Made by a program: the position numbers and the translations under genes. 64,000 nucleotides of DNA from Vermamoeba vermiformis (lineage: Eukaryota): NCBI GenBank assembly GCA_045837725.1, contig JBEWZL010000209.1, forward strand, positions 124,001 through 188,000. Direction: 5' to 3'. Of this stretch, positions 1 through 12,300 are shown one piece after another. Position 1 is the first letter of the stretch. Each line of letters opens with the position of its first letter. The notes below the pieces were generated by a model. It was given only the letters and a program-made list of their open reading frames with translations. It was not told where the DNA came from and did no database searches.

Positions 1-2361
1 ATGTACTGTCATGTCGGAATAACGACTACGGGCCATAGTAAGGCCCGATAAATGACACATCTCCATTCAACCGTCACTAACGCTTGAATCCAGCATTAAA
101 GTCGCTGATATTACTGGCAAGAATGCTCAATACATCGTGCAGAAGAACTTGAAGGACATATTCTTGGGCATAGTGCAGTTCGCGCTGATTGGTGTGCCTG
201 CGTCGCTCGTCAACAGTGGCTTGCGTTACGCAACGGATTCGCTGTCGTTATTGTTCAGAAAACGACTGACCGATCATGTGAACAACGAGTACTTGAAGGG
301 CACTAACTTCTATAAGGCCTCCAACTTGGGCGGTGAGAGCAGAATTGACAACGCGTAAGTAGCGGATCTAACCTTAGAAGTGCTGTTCGAACCAGATGAT
401 TGATGCGTATATAGCGATCAACGAGTGACAAGAGATATTGAACGTTTCAGCGAGTCATTGAGCTCATTGTACGCGACTATCTTCAAGCCATTGTTGGATG
501 TGATCTTGTTTACGTACAAATTAGCTCTCGTGCTAGGTCCTCAAGGTCCTGCGCTTATATTTACTTATTACTTCTTCAACGCACTCGTCAAGCGATTCTT
601 GATGCCCGCCTTTGGTAAAGTAAGCAAAGTCTCGAATAATTTTTAGATCTCGGATATGCTCTCGAGAGGAATAAGAAGCTAATATAACGCTCTTATTAGT
701 TGACGGCGCGCGAGTCAGAACTCGAAGGCGACTATCGCATGGCACATCAACGGCTCATCACCAACAGCGAGGAGATCGCGTTCTACGACGGCAGCAAGCG
801 CGAGAAAGAGATCATTTCGCGCCTATTTATGGGCGTCTATCACCACGCCAACTACTTCAACCACCTCAAGTTCTTGGTCGGCATATTCGACGAGTTCTTA
901 GTCAAGTACGGTGCGAGCATCATTGGCTATGTGATCTTAGCGCTGCCCATCATTCAAGGTACGCCGTTAATAGGCCCCTATTCATATAGAGCTCTATACT
1001 CACCTCACACAGGCCGCACTGGCTCCAAGACCACCGCTGATCTCACGGGAGATTTCGTCCGAAATAGGCAATTGCTGATTTCACTCGCCAAGGCCATTGG
1101 TCAGCTCATCGTGCTCTTCAACAAAGGTACGTGTTTGACACGTGTCGCCAGTACACCTCCGCTCACTTGCCTTATTTAGTCACCATGCTCGCGGGTCTGA
1201 CAGCACGTGTCGCGGAATTACTCGAAATGGTCAAGACACTTGAAGGCGCGGGCAATGCTCCGTTTGAACTGCGCGATGATGACACGCGTCAAAAGGTGAC
1301 TCAGGCCGCACCCGAATCGCAGCCTGCTGACGTATACAAACAAGGTAAGTGGCACTTTGACACCTGTCACTCGACCAATGGCTAATGATACGTGTCAGAC
1401 GAGCACATTGACGCGTGGCTTGCCTCGTTCAGTGAACGCAAAACAGCGCAGCGAACACGTGTCATTTCGAATCCTCCAAGCGAGGCTGAGCTGCAGCAGT
1501 TAGCCGCGTCGAGCAAACAGCGCGGAGTGTTGCTGGAGGGCGAGCTGATCAAATTCATGAACGTGTCGATTGTGTCGCCTGAAGGCAAGTTGTTGGCACG
1601 TGACATGTCATTTGAAGTCAAGCGCGGTCAGAATGTCATCATCACTGGCCCCAACGGTGCTGGCAAGAGCAGTTTGTTCCGCATTCTCGTACGTAGCACA
1701 CGTGACACTTTGATGCAAACCACTGGTTGACACGTGTCACAGGGTGAACTCTGGCCCCTGCACTGCGGTGTAGTGGTCAAGCCGCGCAAAGAGGACGTTT
1801 TGTTTGTGCCGCAAAAGCCTTATTTGGTGTTGGGCACTCTGCGCGATCAGGTCATTTATCCGCACAAAGGTCAGTGTTTGACACGTGTCACTTGGCAAAG
1901 ACTAACCCATCATTGCAGAGGTTGACATGAAGGCAGCAGGAGTGACAGACTCGGACCTCGAACGACTGATGGACATTGTGGACCCTTCGCGCACCATCCT
2001 CAATCAGTGGAAGTGGGTAAGTGACGCCTGTCAAACACCGTTCTGTACCAATGATTCACTCTTGCAATCTCAGACCGAAGTCAAAGACTGGCTGAACACA
2101 TTCAGCGGTGGTCAAAAGCAACGTGTTGCAATGGCACGTGTCTTCTATCACCGTCCACTCTACGCCGTGCTCGATGAGTGCACGAGTGCAGTCTCGCTCG
2201 AAGTCGAGGGCATGATCTACGAGACCTGCAGCAAGTTGGGCATCACGCTGTTCACTGTCTCGCACAAGCCTTATCTGCGCAAATATCACGACTACGAGCT
2301 CAATCTCGATGGCCGCGGCGGATGGTCGTGGACTCAGATTGACAAGTCGCAGTTCCAGTAA
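1..2361 (+). CDS. Peroxisomal ABC half-transporter (ABCD/PMP70-like), 5'-partial, about 9 introns
   Basis: EAA-like loop '[24 protein letters not shown]', Walker [10 protein letters not shown], '[32 protein letters not shown]'; GT-AG introns e.g. 355-413, 1127-1178, 1689-1742. Confidence 0.93.
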
Positions 2362-2450
2362 TAAATAGACCTAATTGTAGCATCGAACGTTAAGTCAGGC
2401 AACTGATTCGCGATTTATATACAATGAGTGCACGACAGGTATGATACAAA

Positions 2451-3975
2451 TTACAGGCGTGGAATTCTGCGCACTGGCACTGCTTCGTCCCAAGGGCCAC
2501 TGATTTCACTGTGACACGTGTCAGTCAGAGTACACCGCAATGGATATAATTGATACGTACTTTTTATATTGCTGCACCCACTTGAGCCAATAGGGACAAA
2601 TAAAAGTGACAAAGAGCACACTGAGCACGTAAATGATGGCGAGGGGCTTGGAGAGCGGCACGATGAGCATGGTGACAATGAAGAACATGCTCCACGTCAA
2701 CACGAGACTCAGCTTGATCGAGTACATCTGTAGCAACACACGTTAGTGTTGTGACACTTCAAATGACACGTGTCACATGCTGTACTTGCCATCAGGTGGT
2801 AGCGCATGATGGGGAACAGAGCAAACAGCTCAATGGCCAGATACACCACTGCAAACACGTGATAGATGGAGGACAGGCGCGATGTCAACAGAACACTTGC
2901 AAAGATTGCTGCGTTCAGTGAAATTGGGCCCGTATACCTGCAAAGAATACTCGTTAAGAAAGAACTGCAATGATATGTGACACGCACGTGACATTGATGT
3001 CATTCTCCGAGCCAAGTGATGACGTGGCGCTGGGTGGTTTGAAGCGTTCGTACGAATAATCAAATGTAGCGAGGTGTATGACGAGAGTGATGACAGTGAG
3101 CGTGGTGATGGTGTCCGTGCTGATCGGTGCCGTCAGTGTCAGCAGCACGGGACTCAAGATCAACACGCCGAACACGACGAGCAACATCTTCCACAGCACT
3201 GGCACCCACACCTGCCACAACGTGCGACTGACACGTGACACCATGCGGTACGGACCTGTCAAACCTGTCACTTCACTGACACGTGTCAACGTTGATAGCA
3301 CGTGACTTACCGCCCCAAGAGCTCTGCAGCACAGCGCGCGTCGTGCGGCCAGTGGGTGCAACGAGAGCTGAGCGCGCACGAGGTCTGGTGGCAGGGGTCT
3401 CAGTGGCCACGCGCACGAGATAGCCGAACACGAGCAGCGCGAGCTCGACTGCTGAGAGCACGGGCAATGCAAGCAGTTGCGAATAGGTGTAAAAGAATCC
3501 GAGCAAAAAGAGTGCTACGACTGTGATCTGCTGCGTCACCACCGCGGAATCCATCACCACCGTCCAATAGTCGTACGGCACTACATTAACATTCTGTCGC
3601 AGACCAATCAGAAATGTATTGTCCACGTGATTGTCTTCGTACGGTTGTTTTTCCCACAAAATCTTTCGCCAAGGTGGCTTGCCATTCTCTTCTTCTGTGC
3701 GTTTCTGCAGATCCAAAAAAAAAATTAATAAAATATTTAAAAAATACTCAAATAAGCTTTTAAGGTGAAATTAGCGATTTATTAAGCAGAATCGTTAAGA
3801 TAAATTATTAATAGAATAAAGTACGTACTCTGGACGACGCTCTCTTCGCTCCACAGCTCGAACAGTTGGATTCGTCCAACACGAACATATTGCCGCAGAA
3901 CGGACAATAGCGCCATCGATGTTGCTTCAGCAGCAAAGTATTTTGCGATTTAGCGCGTTTCTGAGGATCCATCAT
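2451..3975 (-). CDS. PIGC: GPI-GlcNAc transferase subunit C (PIG-C/GPI2), with a predicted extra first exon
   Basis: 'WRKILWEKQPYEDNHVDNTFL', 'ISLNAAIFASVLLTSRL', C-terminal 'ISGPWDEA'; exon 3975-3829 splices in frame to KRTEEE. Confidence 0.9.
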
Positions 3976-4184
3976 TAATTGACTACGTGGACATTATTAA
4001 CCAATCCTTGAAATGTGATGCAAATCAATTGTAAGGAGATATACGGTATATTGTTGTGCAACGTGTTGCTCTTGTGTCGTGTCCCCTTACTGACAATTAT
4101 ATGGAAATTCACACATTTGGTTACGTCGACAAAAGATTCTGTCTCATCCATTTATTCTCATTACATTACCGAACTAACAACAAC

Positions 4185-4615
4185 ATGTCCCTCGAAGTAC
4201 GTATTAATGCGATGCCGATAGATGCTTGTAGCTAATTGTGCTTGTACGAGCAGGAGAGATTCCAAAAGGCCGCCGAAGAAGTGAAGAACTTCTCCAAGAG
4301 ACCCTCGAACGATGAGCTCCTCCAACTCTACGGTCTCTACAAGCAAGCTACTGTTGGTGACAACAACACTAGTACGTGGTTGCTTTTCTTGTCCCAAGAT
4401 GCACCAATTAATCATTTATTTCGCTAGGCCAACCTTGGGCTGTTCAACTCGAGGCTAGATCCAAGTGGGACGCCTGGACCAAGTTGAAGGGTATTTAATA
4501 TTATTTTTAGTAATTTTCGAAAGATTTTTACTAAATTTCTGTAGGTACCAGCACTGCTGATGCTCAAACCAAGTACATCGAATTGGCTGAGCAACTCAAG
4601 ACCAAGTACCAGTAA
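4185..4615 (+). CDS. ACBP: Acyl-CoA-binding protein, 4 exons
   Basis: Spliced [40 protein letters not shown]...[10 protein letters not shown]...[14 protein letters not shown]. Confidence 0.95.
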
Positions 4616-4885
4616 GCTGCTAGATAGCTCTGGTCTATCTATTTTTATACATTACTGCAATAAAAATTACTTTTGTTGCAATCTGTGTAATCGACTGGCT
4701 TGGTGGATCTATCGCCTGCGCTTAGGTGCAGTATCATACCTGATTACTAAGCTAGCTTAGTAAAGTTGATCTCGCACGTGAGGCTAGTGCTTGCAAACCG
4801 ACCAATCAGGTGCGGCCAGCGCGTACTGGCAATCGAACAAAACTTTTTGTAGCTCGTTTGAGCATTATCGTACTCACTCATCAAC

Positions 4886-5712
4886 ATGACGCAACGATCG
4901 GCCGCCAATCCAAAGCTTGCGAGTAAGATCCAGAACGATGCCTCATGGACCGATGCAGAACGCAAGTTCTTGATGGACTACGTACAAAAGTCAGGCGGTG
5001 CAGCGCCTTCAAAGGTCGCAGCGAACACTGAAGCTAACAAAGAGAACATTCCTAATTACAATCCTCAGGTATGTGTATAATTGTTTTGAACGCATTGTTA
5101 ATTTTGTGACAAACCCAGCCCGTTCTACGACCCCTATTGCCGAAGCAGATCCGCACGTATGAAAAGCCGCAACCGGCGCCAAAGAAACAAAAGACCACAC
5201 AATCTCAACCTCAGCCGGCGCCTGTTAAAACTAAGCCAACACAGCCTCAAGTTCCGAATACGAAAGATCCAAAGCCAGTACAAGCAACTGCTGGATCAAA
5301 ACCGCAACCTTCTTCGCTGCCACCCCTTCTTGTACCTCGCAACACGACAGCGACAACTGCTACTGCTGCCACTGTCGCTGCCTCTGATGTTGTTGTTAGC
5401 GGGCCAGTACAGGCCTCGACTCAACTCGTTGCGGCCGACTCCAAAATTAACAAAAAGCAGGAAGAGGCTGTGCGTCAACGAATACAAGAGATCAAACAGC
5501 GAGTGAAGTTGCTTGAAGAACAACGCGAAGTGAACATAGACACGCAATGGAACTTATTTTTAGAAGCCGATGCGCTGCAGAAGAAGAAATTAGAACTGCG
5601 TGCAGAATCTCATCGCATTTACAGCGAGATTGAGCGCGAGATATTCACGTTGAGAAAAGAATATGCCGAGCTGATGTGCCTGGATCGCAAGCTGATTGAA
5701 GAGCACGACTAA
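4886..5712 (+). CDS. Hypothetical protein with KEN box, low-complexity linker and C-terminal coiled coil
   Basis: ORFs 4886-5080 and 5137-5712 joined by an intron starting about 5069; 'NKENIP'. Confidence 0.65.
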
Positions 5713-5817
5713 GTTATCTTTCCGTTGTCATTGTATATAATATAGTAGACATTACATTAAATACGATTTATGATACATATTGATTGAACTGCTATTACAC
5801 AATTCAAACGAGTTAAA

Positions 5818-6877
5818 TTACATTCGCTTGGCAATAGAGCGAGCATTAGTGTTGTTCTTAGCCGCGCTCTGGTTGCCTCTAGCAGCAGGTGATGATTTGA
5901 CGGCAGTGGCGGGCAGAGACTTGGGCTCTTGAGTCACGTGCATGGCAATCAGGGTGTCTTGAATGAATTTGCCCCACATCTCGCGCGGAATGTTCTGTTG
6001 CTTCACGCGCTCATACAGTTCAGCGTTGTTGAGTTGCGAGCCAATGCCATCGTTCCAGTAGTTGAGTTTGATCGACAGTGCAGTGGTCAAGAACAAGCGC
6101 TCTTCTGAGGCCTCGAGTTGTCCACGCACTTGAGTGAGCTCTTCTGTCAGGCTGGCGACTTGTGTTTCGTATTGAACACTCTCGATCTTTTCGCTTTCCT
6201 TGCGCGCACTCTCGGTCAAAGCTTCCAGACGGCGGATCATGTCCTTCTCGTTCTGGATCTGCGCTTCCAACATTTTCTTTTCAGTTTGAAGATTGTTCGA
6301 GATATCCTTAGAGATCTGAAGGTACTCTTCCAAACGATCGATCTTTTGTGTCTTGGTCTCGTTGTCTTTTTGAAGACGATTCACTTCTTTTTTCAGATTG
6401 CGAACCTTCTCGTGCTCGGATTCGTATTTTTTCTGCGACTCTTCGCGTACCCGCTTCAAAGTTTGTTCCAGAGCCTGAATCTTCTCATTCAGCTTGCGTT
6501 CCATTTGCTCGTAAGTTACTTTGCTAACGGCTAGTTGCGCATGCAGACTGTTGTTTTGTCCTTCGAGCTCTTTGATCTTGTGTTGAGACTTTTCTGTTGA
6601 TTAAATATTAGAGATCTATTACATTGTTACATTGGTATCGTAGTTTTGCGTACCTGCATCAGATTTGGGTCTCATGTTTTCTTCCAGACCAGGCGATGAG
6701 GCAGGGGATTTGCCAGCTGTAAATTATGCATTAATATTACTGAGAGTTACACTACAAGCAACTTTGCTTACTAGAGTCTTTCATGGGGCTCAAGGCCAAT
6801 CGCTTCGCATCCTTCTTGGCACGACGACTGATCGAAACATTCAGATTGGCAGTGTTTTCTTTGTTAGTAGCAGACAT
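5818..6877 (-). CDS. Hypothetical coiled-coil protein with N-terminal KEN box
   Basis: First exon MSATNKENTANLNV...KRLALSPMKDS, two short introns, 228-aa heptad-rich ORF. Confidence 0.7.
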
Positions 6878-7023
6878 GCTGTTATGTGCTCGAGTTGAAA
6901 GTGTATGAAAATAGCAATGTTGGTGTCGACATTTTTTAAATAATCCTGCAACGGCTAGTGCAGAATAAAGCGGGAAAAAAGTCGAGAAAAAGTTTGAGCC
7001 GTAATTTGTATTGCACTGGCAAC

Positions 7024-7467
7024 ATGTCGAACAAGCTCATTAAAGATCAAATAGCCCTGCTTGAAGGGTTCTCAGCACCACAGAATAAACACTCATTGCA
7101 GAAGAAGAAGAAAAAGAAAACTCCAGATGCGTTAACTAAGATCCAAGTGTTAAGAAAAGAGCGAAAAGAAGAGAAGGAAAAAATTCAAAATAAAAACATT
7201 AATTACCTTACTTACAAACCAGCCGTAAAGGAACGCAAATCCAGCAAGAAGATGTTGAGATTAGTAAGTTAACAATCCCAATAATATCATATCTTCTTTA
7301 ATAATTATTTTAGTATAAATTTAAGGGACTAAATTTATTATTTTGGTTGTTTTTACAATTTTGGATCGTGATCTGATCGTGTGTCAATTTAGGCACTGAA
7401 AAAGAAAGGTGGAAATCAAAAGCCGAAGAAAACAAACACTACTGTACATAATGCCGATGACAAATAG
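7024..7467 (+). CDS. Small lysine-rich protein, possibly AROS/RPS19BP1-like
   Basis: MSNKLIKDQIALLE..., poly-Lys, 'NINYL'; one AT-rich intron about 7264-7392; family call weak. Confidence 0.5.
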
Positions 7468-7720
7468 CGAATAAATAAGTTTAGCACACACTGACGCGAG
7501 TTCAAGCTGTTTTTTTTTCGTTCTCGCGACAAGATTTTTGGTGATTTCGAACAACAAATTCAAAATTGATTCTCCTCGCTAGAAACGAACACTGCTGCTG
7601 TCAGAACATTCATTCTGCAGTCGCTGATATAATCTCATTCATCAGCGAGCACTTTGATATCAACGCAGCGCTATTTGCAGCAGAACAACAAACAGAAATT
7701 ATTTAGACATTAATTTTAAT

Positions 7721-9298
7721 ATGGCTGATCGAGAGATTGAAGAGCTGAATCAACTAGCGCAAGGTATATTAACACTAACACCGCGTGTTGCCTCACCTAG
7801 CACACCTCACCGTGCATCTGGACCCAAGCCTATTGTCGCCGTCCCGCAGTCCTCACCACGCACTCCGCGCGCTACCATCTCTACACCGCGATCACCCAGC
7901 ACCAGTGCAGCACCATTGGCCTCTTTGTCGAGCCCTCGCATGCGTCAAACAGCGCTCTTCACATTCAGAGGTGTGATCGCTGCTCGTACCGTTGAGAGCG
8001 CAAAGTCGATGCGTCGTCACTTGGAACACATGTGCGATGTGGTGATTACTACATATAGATACTGCATGGACAAGAGCAGAGAGAGCCCTGACGTCGTTGA
8101 CAAGTTGAAAGACATCGTGCAAGTACAACCAGATGTGGCTTTCTTCGTCGAATTCTGCATTGAAGAGACTGAAGCGTGCACGCGCGAGGCCTCTAAGGTC
8201 AAATTGCAAGCACTCAATGCGCGCGTTCAAGAGCTCACTGCTAGCTTGCCTCAAGATTTCCAAGCAATCAAAAGCGACACCTCTGTCTACGAGCGGATCT
8301 TCGACAAATTGCTCAGCTTGTTGGAGAATGTCAGCGAGTTCTTGAAGGAGGGGCACAAAGTCGAGGTGGGTCGTGTGCTAGACGTGGCCTATGAAGCGGT
8401 GTCAGAGACCAAAGCACTGCGCGACTTGGCCGATGAAGCCAACTTGGTGCCGCAAGCGCAACTCACGAGCAGAAAGTGCTTGGACCTGCTCAAGTACGTC
8501 ACTGCAGATATATCCTTCGCACTGTATTGACCGCGCATTGTAGATCCGCACGCCGTCTCGTCGAGCAGCAGAACACAGCGAAAGAGCTGCCCGATCGACT
8601 CTACGCCGCGCAGTCCGTGCTGCAAGCCTCGCTGCCCGTGTTCATCAAGAAGACACGCGAACGATTTGACGAGCCTGCCAAGTACGTACTAGTTCATACA
8701 ATAGTTCTGTGTGGTGCAGAGTAGCGATTGACACGTGTCAAACAGTGCCAGCAAGGGCGCAGAGTGCAGTGAGGCCGCACGACAAGTGAGTTTTGTGCTC
8801 GAAGAAGTGATCGCTATTGTGCGCAGTGTGGAAGTGGCGTACGAGACAGATTTCAAGCTGCAACACGAGCCTGTCATTCGCGATGGCGTGCTCAACAAGC
8901 TCGAACAAGCTGTCAAGAATGTCAAGGGCCACTTGACCAAGCTGCACACCGCGGCCAATGACCTCGATTCACGCGCCGCGAAAGAAGATCTGTTGGGTGC
9001 CACACAGGGCCTGGTCGACGATCTCAAGACCGTGCAGGGTCTGGAGGGTGAAGCGAGTGAGTTCGTGCAGACCATTCGTGCAGGCATGGAGCCGAGTCAC
9101 GATCAGCTGTTTGCCTCGCAGCGCAAGCTCGGTGATCTGCTGCAAGGTGTCAACAATCGCATGCTGGCACTCAGAGGCGCGAGCATCACCACGGACAGCG
9201 CAGACATCAATCGCGAGGACATGCTCGAAGCCGCCAAGTCGATGCTCAGTGCCCTCAAGGGTGTCAGTGCCACACTCGAGTCAGCACTCGATGAGTAG
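7721..9298 (+). CDS. Helical-bundle protein, vinculin/talin-rod-like
   Basis: Three ORFs joined by introns (about 8493-8543, 8682-8745); amphipathic helices such as 'DMLEAAKSMLSAL'; SP/TP-rich N-terminus. Confidence 0.55.
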
Positions 9299-9396
9299 AG
9301 CTGTATTGCCTTATTTGTACAAAATACCTTTTAAAGTAAAAATTGTTTTAATTCTATTTTACAAGCACTTTACGTCCACTTAGTAAGGGGGTAATA

Positions 9397-12300
9397 TTAC
9401 CACTTAGTCGCTTGGGCGTACAGGTTCGGGAACAAATCAACAATTTCGTAGAAATTGAGTCGCTTTTGTGGATCCGAATGCCAACAGATCTGAATGAGCT
9501 CCGAATACGCAGCAGGCACGTGATTAGGGATACTTGGGCGCAGACCTTTCTGCACCGCTGCACCAAAGTCTGCTGTCGGTTTGCCACTCCAATCTGCAGC
9601 GTATTCCGCAAAAGGAAATCCTATTTGGAGGAGTTCCCAGAGAATTATTCCGTAGCTGTACACGTCAGCCTTGAGATCGTAGGGCTGATTCAACAGCACT
9701 TCAGGGGCGCACCAGTTCTCGTTCAGATCGCCACCGCGCATGGAGCCAGCGAGCATTTGTGCGGTACCAAAGTCCGTCACTTTGGCAGCCACCGCGGCGT
9801 GGTGATCGAGTGCCACCAACAGCACGTTGGGTGAGCGCAAGTCGCGGTGAATAACGTCCTCGCTGTGCAGATACGCCATGCCGCGAGCAATGTCTTGCGC
9901 TATTTTTAGTCGCAGTGGCCAGGGCAGCAGTGGTGCCACAGGCTGCTGATCGGCAGTGCGCAGTCGCTTGTCGAGAGCTCCGAGTGGATAGAAATCCATG
10001 ACCAGGGCCAGTGGACGCAGAGATATTCCGCGCAGTGCCACCAGACAGTCGTGCTGCAAATTGCACATCATGAAGGTCTCGTGCTGCAGTTCACTGAACG
10101 AGTCAGTCAAGAAATCTTCCTCTTGTTGCAGCAGCTGTTTGACAGCAAGAATTTTGTTCGGGTCTTCGTTGAACAGATCACGTGACTTAGCACGTGCGCG
10201 ATAAAGAGCTGCAAAGGCACCCTCAGCGACTTTGTCGAGCAGTTCCAAGCGATTGAACTCGATCACGAATGACGTGTCACTGCCAAAATCGAACATCACA
10301 TCGGGGGCTGCAGATGACAAGTTGACGGGTGTCACTGTGTCATCGCGGTGGCACTTGAGCTCCGTGTCACCGAGTCGCAGGGCTGACAGTACTGCTGTCA
10401 GGGCCCAGTGGGACGGTGTTTGACACGTGTCAAATGACGCGAGACAGTGCGGACATGGCACCTCAATGCCAGGGCTGTTGCTTAATTAGGAAAGAGTGTT
10501 GAGGCTATTACTGTACTTACCGAGCACGTGCCCATTGTCCTAAAGTGGAAATGCTGTCGCACAGCAGTGTCAGCAGTCCACCACGTGACACACCTGTCAC
10601 TCCGCGGCGTGTACGAATGCGCACGAGCACGCGACCACGTGCTTCATCGGCTATTAATAGCGCTCGCTGCGGAGATTTATCGAGATCGAGTTCGATGATC
10701 ATGCCTGATCTCCAGCACGTGATTGGTCGCACGCCTTTCAACTGCAGAGTGCGCGTGATCAAGCGCGACTGAAATAGTTGCAATGATTAGTCGTGGGCTA
10801 TAAATAGAAGCGAATGTCTTACGGCAAATCCAAGCGGCAAAAACTTAAACAGGAAATCGCGTCCGATCGGGTCGATCCACTCCTCGCTGACAGGTGTCAC
10901 TGGACACGTGACAGCACCCTCGCTGGCACTGTACAGCGCGAAGGGCTCGGGCCACGATTCACTGAACAGCTGTGTTGGTGGTGTTTCGGGCAACAGACAC
11001 GGAACAATAATTGGTCCGAGGGACATCGGAGATGACTCCGCACTGCTGTCACTCTCCGCGCTATTTTTAGCTTCCAGTGCGCGGTCCAGTCCCTGGCGCA
11101 GACTCAGCGCGGCTTGACGGGGAGCTCCGAGGCGCGGTCCCACTGGCCGCTTGCCACTGGCAGGGGTCTTATTGCCTGTTATGGAAGGTGCGCGCTTGAG
11201 TCGCTGTGCCACCTCAAAGTGCGAGAGCAAATCTACCAAAATAGGCCACAAGTGCTGCGGATAATCGCGCCAGACGTGCGGCAAGATCTGATCGGTGAGC
11301 ACGCCGTCCTTGATGTAGTTGTGTTTGAGTGTCACAATCGACGACATGACGTCTGACAGCCATTGCTATATATGGCAAGTGAGTCAGTAGTGGACTGCGC
11401 GCACTCCATCAAACAACACTTACCGGATTTAGAATGACAATGTCGCTGAGATTCTCTTCGCCCTTGTGCTCTATTTTTAGACTCTCAAAGGCCTTGACAA
11501 TGTGATCACGTGACTGCTCGCGATCAAATTTGGAAAAGTAGCTGATCACACCCACGTCGTTCATGAATTTCAGCACTGTGATCACGTCCTCGTCGGCCTC
11601 AATGCCCGATTCAGCCACGAATTCTTTGAATTCTTTCAGCGACATGATTTCCTTTTTTGAACGAATTTTCTTGATGTTGGACTCGAGTGCCACGTAACTC
11701 ATCGGCACGTGCTGATTGACAGCGGGATCTTGCAGGGCCAGGGTGATGAGTCGCGCTTTGAGCTCTTTGAGACCTTTGCCATTTTTGGAACTGACCGCGC
11801 AGTAGTCTTTGATCATGGGAAATCTCGACTGATATTTCTGCTTCATCTCGTTCAATATCTCGCGGTGCACTTTCTTGTCAGTCACGCGCTTGTCATCGAG
11901 GTGCGTGCCGACCAGCACGACAGGGGCAGTAGGTGCGCGCAGTTTGAGTGCTTTGAGCCAGTACTCGATGCGACTCGCGGAGATATCGACGAGATTGAAG
12001 ATGAGCAGGTACACACTGCGCGTGGTCAAGAAGAATTGGTGCGTGGGATAGTAGCTGTGGTGGCACCTGTCAGTTACGCGCGCAGAATAGTTGCAAAGAC
12101 TTACACTTCCTGACCGCCAAAGTCCCAGCACGAGAAGGTGAGATCGGAGGTGGTGGCACCTGTCACTGGATCACTCGCCGTGGTGTGCTCACTGGTGACA
12201 CCTGTCAACGTCCAGTCTTCAATGTCAATGCCGTCAGTGGCCACCGTGTCACCCGAGGCCTGTGTCGCCGCTGCACCCACTGGCGTCGTCTTCTTGCGTC

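Noticed and set aside
8510-8520. ATATCCTT, a possible AT-AC U12 donor
   Set aside because: It lies inside an ordinary GT-AG intron (about 8493-8543) that already restores the frame, and there is no matching branch site or AC end.
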